In this document: in pieces, positions 9,192-19,174 of the stretch | How positions within the stretch are numbered: position 1 is the stretch's first letter | Layout: every line of letters starts with the position of its first letter | DNA from: Candidatus Daviesbacteria bacterium | GTDB lineage: Bacteria > Patescibacteriota > Microgenomatia > Daviesbacterales > UBA10151 | Length of the DNA: 64,000 nt | NCBI GenBank assembly: GCA_016186955.1 | Contig: JACPKP010000009.1 | Coordinates: forward strand, 161,595-225,594 | Direction of reading: 5' to 3' | Notes under the pieces: model-generated | The model's input: the letters and a program-made list of their open reading frames with translations, nothing else | Databases searched by the model: none | Told to the model about the DNA's origin: nothing | Made by a program: the position numbers and the translations under genes

Positions 9192-9720
9192 TAATTTTAT
9201 AAAAGAAACTGAGCTTAATGGGGTTTTTATAATTGCCAGGCCCACTTTTGAGGATGAGAGGGGGTTTTTTAGAGAAAGTTTTAGGAAAAGAGATTTAGAT
9301 AAAAGGTTAGGATATGAATTTAACCCGGTGCAGTCAAACCATTCCAGAAGTAAAAAAGGAGTCCTGCGGGGGATCCATGTTGCCCCATGGCATAAACTGG
9401 CGACTGTAATTTCTGGTGCAGTCCAGCAGGTGGTGGTGGATTTAAGGAAAAAGTCACCCACTTTTGGTCAGCATATCTCCATGTTAATAAACGAAGAAAA
9501 CAGGATCAGTTTGTGTATTCCAGCAGGATGCGGCAATGCATATCTGGTTTTGTCGGATGGGGTGGACTATACATATCTTACTACTGATTATTGGTCTGCC
9601 GGAAAAGAATTGGGAATAATTTATAATGACCCAAAATTAAATATTAAATGGGAGATAGATTCTCCAATACTTTCTGAAAAAGATTTGGAAAACCCTCCAG
9701 TATCAGAAATTTTTCCATGA
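9184..9720 (+). CDS. rmlC: dTDP-4-dehydrorhamnose 3,5-epimerase
   Basis: DERGFFRE, QSNHSRSKKGVLRGIH, VDLRKKSPTFG, ILSEKD. Confidence 0.92.
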   Translation: MDDNFIKETELNGVFIIARPTFEDERGFFRESFRKRDLDKRLGYEFNPVQSNHSRSKKGVLRGIHVAPWHKLATVISGAVQQVVVDLRKKSPTFGQHISMLINEENRISLCIPAGCGNAYLVLSDGVDYTYLTTDYWSAGKELGIIYNDPKLNIKWEIDSPILSEKDLENPPVSEIFP

Positions 9721-10616
9721 AAAAAAAGATTTTAATATTTGGTGAGAACGGTTTAGTGGGTTCCAGATTTTCTGAGACTCATAACAGCACATTTGAAATT
9801 ATTGCACCAACTATGGAAGAGGTCAATATTTTGGATGAAGCCCAAATAAAACAATCTGTTGAAGAGAACAATCCTGATATCATCATAAACTTTGCAGCAT
9901 ACACAAATGTTGATGAGGCGGAAAAAGAAAAGGGTGATAAAAATGGGTTAATCTATAAATTAAACTCCCTAGCCCCAAAAACCCTAGCTGAAATTTGTAA
10001 AAAAAATAATAGATTTTTGGTCCATTTTTCAACAAGTTATGTATTCGACGGCACTCAAAAGGATAGGCCTTATAAAGAAGATGACCCGAAAAATCCGCTC
10101 GGGTGGTATGCTAAAACCAAACATTTTGCCGATGAGTTTATCGGGAGTAGCGGATGTGATTTTTTAATTATCAGGATTGAAATGCCTTACAGAAGCCATT
10201 ATCCCCAGAAAAAAGATTTGGCCAGGTTTTTTTTAGAACAATTACACATGGGTAAAGAAGTTGTGGCAGTGAAAAATCAGAAAATAACTCCGGGATTTAT
10301 AGATGATATTGCTCATGCTTTGGCGAAGATCATTATTGGAAAAACAAAAGGGATATTTCATCTTGGCTCAACGGATTTTACCACCCCGTATGATTTTGCC
10401 CGGCAAATAGCGCAGGAGTTTAATTTAGATAAAAAATTGATCAAAGAATGTTCTTTTGCAGAGTACCATAAAACCAGGATTGCACCAAGGTCCCAGTACA
10501 GCTGGTTGGATATAAATAAGTTCGTCAGCCAATTTGGTGATGGAATCCTTCATACAAACGCAGATAATATCAAGACTTTTAAAAAACAGATTGACACGTT
10601 TTTAAAATTAGCTTAA
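9717..10616 (+). CDS. rmlD: dTDP-4-dehydrorhamnose reductase
   Basis: IFGENGLVG, INFAAYTNVDEAE, HFSTSYVFDG, YAKTK; fourth gene of the rml cluster. Confidence 0.88.
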   Translation: MKKKILIFGENGLVGSRFSETHNSTFEIIAPTMEEVNILDEAQIKQSVEENNPDIIINFAAYTNVDEAEKEKGDKNGLIYKLNSLAPKTLAEICKKNNRFLVHFSTSYVFDGTQKDRPYKEDDPKNPLGWYAKTKHFADEFIGSSGCDFLIIRIEMPYRSHYPQKKDLARFFLEQLHMGKEVVAVKNQKITPGFIDDIAHALAKIIIGKTKGIFHLGSTDFTTPYDFARQIAQEFNLDKKLIKECSFAEYHKTRIAPRSQYSWLDINKFVSQFGDGILHTNADNIKTFKKQIDTFLKLA

Positions 10617-10619
10617 TAT
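10591..10619 (+). promoter_or_regulatory. internal promoter TTGACA-17-TAATAT for gmd
   Basis: Perfect -35 inside the rmlD 3' end; -10 ends 9 nt before the gmd ATG. Confidence 0.5.
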
Positions 10620-10628
10620 AACTACTTA

Positions 10629-11699
10629 ATGGTTAAGCAACATGATCTTACCGGTAAGAGTCAACTTTCTTTGAAAAAGAGGGCATTCATCACCGGGATA
10701 ACAGGACAAGACGGTTCATACTTGGCAGAGTTTTTGCTTGAAAAGGGTTATGAAGTTGGGGGATTCATCCGCAGCAGCAGTACAGGGCATTTAGGAAATG
10801 TTGACCATTTGCGGTCAGAGATACAGTTTTTTAGGGGAAGCTTAGATGATGAAAGGTCTATCGAAGCTGCTGTTTCAGAATTCAAGCCTGATGAAATTTA
10901 TAATTTGGGTGCGGAAGCATCGCCTGCAGATTCCTTCAAAAGAAGGGTTTATACCTCCGATATAAATGCTTTAGGCCCCTTGAGAATTTATGAATCTGCC
11001 TTAAGATTGAAGCGGTCAGGACGTAATGTTAAAGTATACCAGGCTTCAACTTCTGAATTATACGGAGCCCCTCCCGTTGCGCCCCAGGATGAAAATACTT
11101 TGATGAAACCCAATAACCCTTATGGCGCTGCGAAACTTTTGGCGCACCATAATGCCAGGATTTTGAGAGAGGGTAGCGAGAAGTTATTTGTAGTTTGCGG
11201 AATTTTATTTAACCATGAAAGTCCAAGGCGCGGTATGCAATACGTTACCAGAAAAGTTACAGTAGGAGTGGCTTGTATTGTTAATAAAGTTAAAAATCCT
11301 CCGCTGAACGAAGCCGGTAAACCGATTATCACTAAGGATTGGAAATTTGAAATGGGAGCCTTAAATACTAAAAGGGATTGGGGTTATGCTAAAGAATATA
11401 TTCAGGCCATGTGGTTGATGATGCAACAGGATGAGCCTGATGAGTTTGTGATAGCTACCGGTGAGACGCATAGTATCCAGGAGCTTTTAGAAGTTGCATT
11501 TAAGCATGTGGGTTTGGATTGGAGGGATCATGTTGTGCAAAATCCGGATTTTTTAAGACCGTTAGAAACAGGTCCCAGCCATGCCCCGCTTTGGGGGAAT
11601 CCTGCTAAGGCAAAAAAAGTTTTGGGATGGGAAGCAAAAGTGAAGTTTAAAGAGCTAATTGGTATCATGGTTGACAGCGATCTTGCGAAGTTCTCCTAA
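10629..11699 (+). CDS. gmd: GDP-mannose (or GDP-heptose) 4,6-dehydratase
   Basis: ITGITGQDGSYLAEFLL, PDEIYNLGA, QASTSELYG, YGAAK, GILFNHESPRRG, KRDWG. Confidence 0.93.
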   Translation: MVKQHDLTGKSQLSLKKRAFITGITGQDGSYLAEFLLEKGYEVGGFIRSSSTGHLGNVDHLRSEIQFFRGSLDDERSIEAAVSEFKPDEIYNLGAEASPADSFKRRVYTSDINALGPLRIYESALRLKRSGRNVKVYQASTSELYGAPPVAPQDENTLMKPNNPYGAAKLLAHHNARILREGSEKLFVVCGILFNHESPRRGMQYVTRKVTVGVACIVNKVKNPPLNEAGKPIITKDWKFEMGALNTKRDWGYAKEYIQAMWLMMQQDEPDEFVIATGETHSIQELLEVAFKHVGLDWRDHVVQNPDFLRPLETGPSHAPLWGNPAKAKKVLGWEAKVKFKELIGIMVDSDLAKFS

Positions 11700-11718
11700 A
11701 TTCACATACAATCAACCC

Positions 11719-12903
11719 ATGGCAAAAAAAATAGTAATTGTACTGCCTACCTATAATGAGAGAAATAGCCTTAAGAAATTCATTGATGAAGTTTTTGAGC
11801 AAGGAAGAAATCTACCCGGCTATAACATTGAAATTTTAATTTCTGACAGCAAATCCCCGGATGGTACAGGAGAACTTGCCGAAAGCTTGTCAAGAAAAGA
11901 CCCTAGGATTCATGTTATTAAGGTTGGGAGAGGTTTAGGTGTTGGCCTTATAGAAGGTCATAACTATTCCCTAAAAAAATTAAAGCCGGATATTATGGTC
12001 CAACTTGATGCAGATGGGCAGGTTCAGGCAGATGTTTTGCCAAGACTTATTAATACACTTGGAGAAGGTTATGATTTTGTATTCGGTTCAAGATTTGTTA
12101 AAGGGGGTAAAAATAAATTATCTTTTCAAAGGAGACTTTTTAGCGCAGGAGCTTCCCTTATCTGCAGACTAATAATGGGCCCTTTTAGTATCAAGGAATT
12201 TACCAATTCTGCAAGAGCTTTTACACCGGCTCTTTTTAAGAAAATTAACTTGGAAAGACTCCCATGGCGGGAACAGACATTTATTGTACAACCGGCCTTT
12301 TTAAATGAGGCCATTTTAGCAGGAGCAAAATATAAAGAGGTACCTTTGGTGTTTCGGAACAGGCATGAGGGTTATTCCAAAAACAAAGTTGTAAATTATA
12401 CTTATGATGTTATTACATACTCGCTTGATGCCAGGCTTCATAAATGGGGAATTGATTTTCCGCTTTTTTACTACTCAAGAAGGGCAAAAACAATAATAAA
12501 ATTTGCGATTGTGGGCTTTATCGGGGTAGCAGTAGATTTTATTTTTTATAATTTTTTTATCTCTTTTTTAGGGTTTAGGCCCGCTACAGCCAAGGGGTTT
12601 TCAACTGAAATAGCAATCCTAAACAATTTTTCTTTCAACAATATCTGGACTTTTAGGCATAGGAAAACAAAAAGCACTTTTTGGCAAAAATTGGGGATTT
12701 TTAACCTAGTCAGCCTTGGAGGGTTGGCGATAAGCGTTCTAATTATTAAATTTCTACACGTTGTTTATGGTGACGGGTTTGTTTTATTTTTAGGGATTAA
12801 AATAGCCTTTTATAACCTTTACTTTTTTGCAACACTACCGCCTGTTTTAATCTGGAATTTTACAGTAAACCATTTTATAACCTGGAAACACGAGCAAAAT
12901 TAG
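11719..12903 (+). CDS. polyprenol-phosphate mannose synthase-like GT2 fused to a GtrA-like flippase domain
   Basis: VLPTYNER, DSKSPDGT, QLDADGQ, GSRFVKGG; C-terminal KFAIVGFIGVAVD..NNF..NNIWTF GtrA domain. Start re-set to ATG 11719, 6 nt after TACAAT. Confidence 0.88.
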   Translation: MAKKIVIVLPTYNERNSLKKFIDEVFEQGRNLPGYNIEILISDSKSPDGTGELAESLSRKDPRIHVIKVGRGLGVGLIEGHNYSLKKLKPDIMVQLDADGQVQADVLPRLINTLGEGYDFVFGSRFVKGGKNKLSFQRRLFSAGASLICRLIMGPFSIKEFTNSARAFTPALFKKINLERLPWREQTFIVQPAFLNEAILAGAKYKEVPLVFRNRHEGYSKNKVVNYTYDVITYSLDARLHKWGIDFPLFYYSRRAKTIIKFAIVGFIGVAVDFIFYNFFISFLGFRPATAKGFSTEIAILNNFSFNNIWTFRHRKTKSTFWQKLGIFNLVSLGGLAISVLIIKFLHVVYGDGFVLFLGIKIAFYNLYFFATLPPVLIWNFTVNHFITWKHEQN

Positions 12904-12935
12904 ATGTTGGAGAGATAATTATTAGTAAAAAACAT

Positions 12936-15871
12936 ATGGATGGAGAACTGCCCCCATCATCAAGATTTAGTAGTTTGAAAAGAATGTTTGGTAAAGGAGA
13001 ACCTCCGCAACCACCCCCGGTTGAAAATGGTAGACAGATTGAAGGAGTAGCAACAGACCAAAAATTACTGCAATACTTTTATAGACTTAAAGGTGTTGAT
13101 GCCCATGCAATTGCAACGGATAGGTTTTTAGATAAATCCCGTGATGAATATAATGCAGCTTGGTTAACTCGAGAATTGGTGCAAAATTTTGTTGACCATA
13201 ACCCTCAACATCCTGGGACACTTAATGGTGTGAGATTTACTCAAGAACCCCTTCAAAATGGTGGCATGCGCGTTCGTATAGAAGGAGATTGGCCATTTAA
13301 GACCCTACAGGTGTTTTGAGTCCACATTCAGATAAACCAGAAGATATGAATACTGCTGGAGGAAATGGTATTGGACTGAAGCAAACTGCGATACGCTTTA
13401 TGAGAGATTTTGGCGTTCAAAGATTTGAAATTGATGGTGAAGGTTGGAGCACAAATTATCGTTTGGCTAAAGCAGAAGATGTAAATAGAGAATGGGAAAC
13501 AATACCAGGACAAGTACTTTTACATAAAGTTAAACATGATTGGCTTCTCGCAGATATAAATGAAGCTCCAAGAACAGGTAAAAATGCCTACATAATTGAG
13601 ACAAGCAATCCTGATGTGATGAAAGCACTTCAACAGCTCCCTACCCTTGGTGTATCTAGCGAAAATCCCTACCTACAAAATATGGATTATCAAAATAAAT
13701 TTGGAGCGATAAAGTGGTTGCCCAAAGGAGAGGGATTAGAACCAACAAGAGGTCGTTTATTCATAAACGGACAGGTTATGAACTATAAAGACAAAGGCTC
13801 TACTGCAGAAGATTATTGGGTAGGCCCTGAATCCGTCACAATTCAGCTTAACAATTTAAAGTATAAAATGAGTATTGATAGGCCTCCGGTAAATCCCCTT
13901 GAATTGGGTCGTTATATGGATGAGCTGGTTCAAGCTATGTCAAAAGATGAAATGATAGATCAATTAAGGCGCTCTGAACACCTGTGGGCTGGACACGTAG
14001 ATGCAGGATATGGAACAGATAGAGAAGGAGCTTTTGTAGTTGTTGAGAAATTAGCAAGAACACTTCCTTATAAAGGCTATGACCGCAGAGAATGGCAGCA
14101 GCATTTTGCTGGTAAAAATTACATAGCTTGGGATAGAGGTGTAAGTGAAAGTCAGGTTAGAGAGCTAGAGAAGCAGGGTTTTATTGTTTGTCCTGGTTAC
14201 ATGGAGCAGGTGGGTATGTCCAGTGCAAGCAGTAAATTGAGCACAGTAGAAGCTGCAAGCAATGAAGTTCCTCAAATTCCACAACATAAAAGAGAACAGT
14301 TTGCTCAAGAATATGGTATGGAAGTAGCCCGTGAGGAATTTTCAGATGTTAAAGACTCCTCAGAGTTCATAGGCTTAATAAGCAAAAAATTGTCTGGGGA
14401 AGTTATAGCCATAGAAGGCAATGAAGGAAATCCCAATATAATTCGTCTAATGCTAAGAGGAGATATACCAAAGGAGCTACTATTTCACATTTTACCAAGA
14501 CCAAAAAAAGATGACCAAAAGTTGGTATATTTATTGCGGGGAATGGCAGCTTATGGATTAGGAAATGGAATGTTTAAGAAAATCTTTACATCTCAGGGAG
14601 ATTTTGTAACAACTTTTGGACTTGACTACGATTTCTTAACAAAAGAAAGCACTCTACTTGCCCGCAATATCCCTCATAAAAGTGACAGAGGAGCATTTGT
14701 AGAACTTGAGCTAGAGGATAAATATTTACAGGAGTTTCAAGATGCATTCAGAAAAGCAACTGAGACAAGAGCTAGTGGACAATCAGAGGTTTTATCAGGT
14801 GGATTCTCAACCCCAACTGGAGAACTAACTGCATCTCCAGCTAAAGATAGTAGTAGACCTGCGATAGAGGTAGATATTAACAAAGCTATTGAAGTTCAAG
14901 CATGGACTGCCGAACAGGAACAACTCTATAAAGCAGTTATAAGAAAAAACCCTACCGAGTTATCAGACCAAGATAAACTTATTATCCAGCAAAGAGAACA
15001 GCTAAAACAAGCATTCGGTAGTGTTCCAGTGGCACAGCCAGCAGCTCCAGATATTGGAAGAAAAGGGAATGTTATCCAAAAAGAAGCAACAATGTCTGAA
15101 GCAGAAAAAGCAAGAGTCGCACAAATGGAATCCCAAATACCAGGCATTGTTGATGCTGTCAATAAATTAGATGGGTTAGTTCCTGAAGCCAAGCCAGCAG
15201 CGCCCGCAGGACAAAGTCCTATTGAAAAATATATGCAATGGAGGAAAACAGATCAGTTTTATGGTCAGTTGGGAGATAGTGCTGGATATCTTACCGGGAG
15301 ACATCTTGTTGAATTAGTACATGAACAAAATCAAGCAGAAATCTCATCTGTACAAGTAGTAAGAAATGAAACATCCCAAGATCAGATTTTGAGGACACTA
15401 AGAGGAAAATTAAAGAAGGTTGTTGACCGAATGAATCCATCCGAAGATAAGGTTGATGATTTTGAAATTGTCCTTGAGCCAACAGAGAAGCAACTGGCAC
15501 AACTTGGTTTATTAAGATTATATTCACAACTTACTTCAGGTGTTCCATTACCAAACGACCTTTTCATCTACGAAGGAACTGGTAGCAAAGGAATCAATTT
15601 AGGACAAAAGGCAATAGGTATGCACGAATCTCTTTTTACTGTGAAGTTTACTGAAGCAATGAGAACATTTACTCATGAAATAGCTCATAATTATCCTAAA
15701 GCCGAAGGCCATGGGAACATGTTTCGTCACGCAATGGAATCTTTGTTTGCGACAACAATTGATAGAGTCACAAATATTGCTAGAAAACTAGAGTCTGGTC
15801 AAACAGCAACACCAGAAGAGCGGATTATTTTAGATATGCAAACAGAATGGGATAATATCCTCGCTGCATAA
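12936..15871 (+). CDS. GHKL-like ATPase / HExxH zinc-metallopeptidase fusion (~978 aa), split by a -1 frameshift near 13299
   Basis: RELVQNFVD (N-box) in ORF 12936-13319; GGNGIGLK (G2-like) and C-terminal THEIAHNYPKAEGHG in ORF 13316-15871. Adding one base at ...CCATTTAAGAC... joins them (WPF-K-DPTGVLSPHSDK). Confidence 0.65.
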
Positions 15872-15882
15872 ATAAGTTATTT

Positions 15883-16482
15883 TTACTGAGATGTTTTGTA
15901 GGTAATAAAAGGAATAATTGCCAAGATGTTAATAACGCTGGCTAAAAGGAATAACGGTTTGAAACCATACTGGTTGGCGATAAAACCCCCTGCCATTGTT
16001 GAAAGCGCCATTAGGGCAAGATTGATGGAATCTGTAGCGCCCCATTCAACTGTTTCTTTGTGCCTGTCTAAATGTGTTGAGAAGAGTGAAAGTTTTGGCG
16101 GAGTGGCTATGCCAAATCCCCAGCCACAAATGATCCAGAAGATATAAAGCGGGAAGACAGTAGTTGTAAAGGCAAATCCGACATAGGAAATACTGACTAA
16201 AGAGATGCCTAAAATAACCAATGAGATTTTTTCACGGATGCCCAATTTTGACGAGAGTTTACTGGTTAAAAGTTCGGATATTATCCTTGCCACAAAATAG
16301 ACGCTGAATGTTGATGCGGCAACCTCGATATTTCCGCCGGAGATTTTATTGGTTGCAAAAATTGCAAAAATCGGTGTAAAAAGCGACCATGATGTCCAAA
16401 AAAAACTTTCAGAAATTATAAAACTTTTAACAAAAGGATTAACAGTGTTAAATAAATGACCATTTAAAATATCTTTAATCAT
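15883..16482 (-). CDS. half-size (6-TM) MFS-like transporter
   Basis: 199 aa, about six hydrophobic segments, MFS-like TPIFAIFA and GGFIANQYGFKPLFLL motifs. Confidence 0.75.
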   Translation of the reverse strand: MIKDILNGHLFNTVNPFVKSFIISESFFWTSWSLFTPIFAIFATNKISGGNIEVAASTFSVYFVARIISELLTSKLSSKLGIREKISLVILGISLVSISYVGFAFTTTVFPLYIFWIICGWGFGIATPPKLSLFSTHLDRHKETVEWGATDSINLALMALSTMAGGFIANQYGFKPLFLLASVINILAIIPFITYKTSQ

Positions 16483-16487
16483 GTTTT

Positions 16488-17213
16488 CTATTCAGGGTTT
16501 TTAAGTGTTTTTACCATTGCAAGCATTCTTGTTGCTAGTTTTTCTTTTGAATCTGGAGATAAAAAATCTATTGCCGCCTTTTTAGAGATAATTTTTGTTT
16601 GTTGTTCTTGACCAAGCTTAACAAGAATGAGACCAAGCATATACGCCTCGCCCTTACTTTGACTAAATGTATATGCAGGAGTTTGAGTAAAATCATCGGA
16701 TGAAATCTGTTGATTAGATTCAGATTCTTGAATTTTTAATAATCTGTTTACATATCCAAACTCATCAAATAATTTTTTTATATCAGAAGGAGTAATAATA
16801 TCTTTAGGTTTTAAGCGGAGTTCTCCAATTTTTAAATCAATATTTCCTTCTAAAGCTTCTTCAATTTTTTCTACGACATCTGTTTCATTCCATTCAATTA
16901 AAATCCACTTTAATATTGCAGCTTGTCCAGATTGAAATCCAGCTAAGCGAGTAGCCCTTGGGGTGTTGTTTTTTATTCTAGAAGAAGCTTTCGTTAAATT
17001 GTAATATTGTTCAAGAAATTCATTATAATCATTTAAAGTTAATTGTTTGATTTGATTTGGTTGTATTTCTTGATCAAATAAAAGACCTCCTAAATTTCGT
17101 ATTGGATTTTCAGTCAGTAATCCCTCTTGTTGTAGTCGCTCTTTTTCTCGTCGAAAGATTTCCTCTGCTTGTCTTACAGCTTCTTCTTTTTCTGAATTGT
17201 TTTCATCAGCCAT
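16488..17213 (-). CDS. hypothetical protein with two-fold internal repeat
   Basis: 241-aa ORF; segments LTLNDY..QSGQAAILKWILIEW and ITPSDI..SKGEAYMLGLILVKL resemble each other. Confidence 0.7.
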   Translation of the reverse strand: MADENNSEKEEAVRQAEEIFRREKERLQQEGLLTENPIRNLGGLLFDQEIQPNQIKQLTLNDYNEFLEQYYNLTKASSRIKNNTPRATRLAGFQSGQAAILKWILIEWNETDVVEKIEEALEGNIDLKIGELRLKPKDIITPSDIKKLFDEFGYVNRLLKIQESESNQQISSDDFTQTPAYTFSQSKGEAYMLGLILVKLGQEQQTKIISKKAAIDFLSPDSKEKLATRMLAMVKTLKNPE

Positions 17214-17222
17214 AAGGATATT

Positions 17223-18404
17223 CTAATTAAAAACTCCTAAATTTGGAATAGGGGCGACATTTTCTAAGATGAAGTTTTGGGCATAGAGATAAATCCCTAA
17301 AGCTACTATTACAAAAGCAATTTTAAATTCTTTGCTGGTTAAAATCCTCTCAAAAGCTATCAGTAAAAATGGGAAAATTGGTAATGTGTAGCGGCTGATA
17401 TCTCTATGCACAACCATAATTGAAGCGACTATATAAATGAGTACAAAAAATGCCATTGGGTACAATTTTTGTTTGAGTAAATAAATTCCTCCAAAAAAGC
17501 CAAGAATAAAAATATAGACTATATCTTCAAGCCAGATCTCGCCCACCCAAAATGCATGTTTATCAAAAACCTGAAAAGGAGGTAAGGTAAGGTGGATATT
17601 ATCACCTGAATGAAAATAAGCCCAAAAGTCGTGGTAAGAAATCCCAAACCAGTAAAAAACTGTAAAAAGGCCGAGAGGAATAAGAAGAAGAGGATAGTAA
17701 GGAAGCACTCTTTTGATATTAGATTGCCACGTCACGTTCAGTAAATGAACGTGACTCGCAATGACAGACCATAGGATATAAATACCTAATGCAATAAAAA
17801 GCAAAATACCCGGTGGTCTGGTAAGCTGGGCAAAAAGGCCTGACAATCCGGTAAGGTAGATCCATAGCCATTTCCGGGATTGTTCAAATTTCATAAAGCA
17901 ATAAATCGCGGTGATTATGAAAAATATAAACATAGGTTCTGAGGATCCGACACTATGCACAATCAGCCATCTGGCAGGTAAAACTAAAAACAAAAGAGTG
18001 AGCCAAAGCGGATGGCTTGATAGTTTGAAGTCTCTAACCAGAAAATAAAAGGCTTTGGCTGAAAATAAAGTAAAAATAAAAGGAATAAAAAGCATTGATT
18101 TTAAAAACCCCAAAAATTGTGCGGCGGCCAGTATGAAAATTGAATAGAGAGGAAAATGGGAGGCATAATAAGTGGCAGGCAATGATTGAGGTAAATTAGC
18201 AATTAAGTTTGGATTGTAGAAACTTTTGGCTATGATGACATATTCCAACCCGTCAAAATTCCTGTAGATTGTATTGAATCCGTTGCTAAAATCAAGGTTG
18301 AAAAAACTTTTTATTGCAAGTAAATGAGGTAACCATATGAGTAATGTAATAATAGTTACTGCTAAATCTATTATTAAAAAAACTTTAAATACTTCTTTGT
18401 TCAT
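17223..18404 (-). CDS. GT-C membrane glycosyltransferase (PIG-V/GT76-like)
   Basis: NFDGLEYVIIAKSFY, HFPLYS, GSSEPMFI, LTRPPGILL, DISRY; multi-TM. Confidence 0.75.
   Translation of the reverse strand: MNKEVFKVFLIIDLAVTIITLLIWLPHLLAIKSFFNLDFSNGFNTIYRNFDGLEYVIIAKSFYNPNLIANLPQSLPATYYASHFPLYSIFILAAAQFLGFLKSMLFIPFIFTLFSAKAFYFLVRDFKLSSHPLWLTLLFLVLPARWLIVHSVGSSEPMFIFFIITAIYCFMKFEQSRKWLWIYLTGLSGLFAQLTRPPGILLFIALGIYILWSVIASHVHLLNVTWQSNIKRVLPYYPLLLIPLGLFTVFYWFGISYHDFWAYFHSGDNIHLTLPPFQVFDKHAFWVGEIWLEDIVYIFILGFFGGIYLLKQKLYPMAFFVLIYIVASIMVVHRDISRYTLPIFPFLLIAFERILTSKEFKIAFVIVALGIYLYAQNFILENVAPIPNLGVFN
17721..17765 (-). repeat. 45-bp RPE-like half-element inserted in frame (VIASHVHLLNVTWQS)
   Basis: Minus strand GTCATTGCGAGTCACGTTCATTTACTGAACGTGACGTGGCAATCT aligns with the intergenic 5187-5230 sequence, including the TCACGTTCA/TGAACGTGA stem. 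Confidence 0.85.
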
Positions 18405-18457
18405 ATCCGAAGAATCATCAAGATGACAGGGCTACATTTTGATGTTAGCATATTAGA

Positions 18458-19174
18458 ATGATTGTAAAAAGCCTTTCCGTATTTTTCCCGGCGTATAATG
18501 AAGGGGAAAATATTAAAAAAACTGTTCTAGATGTTAAAAAAGTCTTGGATGGGTTAAACCTTAAAGATTATGAAATTATAGTTGTAAATGATGGGTCAAA
18601 GGATAATACGGCAGAGGTAGTCACAAACCTTACAAAGCAGGATAAAAGGATCAGATTGGTTGGTCATAGTTCAAATAAAGGTTATGGTGACGCCTTAAAA
18701 ACAGGTTTTTCTTCATCAAAATACTCTTGGGTGGCATTTATGGATTCGGATGGGCAGTTTGATTTCTCAGAAATCACCAAATTTTTAGAAAAAGCCGACC
18801 AGGCCGACTTAATTTTAGGGTACAGGTTAACCAGGGCGGACACAATTTTGCGGAAAGTTTTTACATGGGGTTGGAAAACCTTGGCTGAGATTTTTTTAGG
18901 CCTGCAAGTCAGAGATTATTCATGCGGGTTTAAGATGATAAAAAGAGAGGTTTTTGATAGCATCCAGCCTTTGCATGCCAAGGAAAAAGTAACACAAATT
19001 GAAATGCTGGTAAAAGCCCAGCGGAAAGGATTCAAATTTGCTGAAGTTGGGGTGCATCATTATCCAAGAAAATTTGGCCTTGCTACAGGTGCAAATTTTT
19101 ATGTTGTCCTGAGAAGTTTTAGGGATTTTATGAAATTTTGGTTGGAGCTGAATTTTAATAAACAAAAAGCATGA
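18458..19174 (+). CDS. GT2 polyprenol-phosphate glycosyltransferase (DPM/ArnC-like)
   Basis: SVFFPAYNE, VNDGSKDNT, NKGYGDALKTG, MDSDGQFD, DYSCGFK. Confidence 0.9.
   Translation: MIVKSLSVFFPAYNEGENIKKTVLDVKKVLDGLNLKDYEIIVVNDGSKDNTAEVVTNLTKQDKRIRLVGHSSNKGYGDALKTGFSSSKYSWVAFMDSDGQFDFSEITKFLEKADQADLILGYRLTRADTILRKVFTWGWKTLAEIFLGLQVRDYSCGFKMIKREVFDSIQPLHAKEKVTQIEMLVKAQRKGFKFAEVGVHHYPRKFGLATGANFYVVLRSFRDFMKFWLELNFNKQKA

Noticed and set aside
13290-13319. Programmed -1 ribosomal frameshift in the GHKL/HExxH gene
   Set aside because: No canonical X XXY YYZ heptamer or obvious downstream structure; two other single-base losses in the window point to indel error or mutation.
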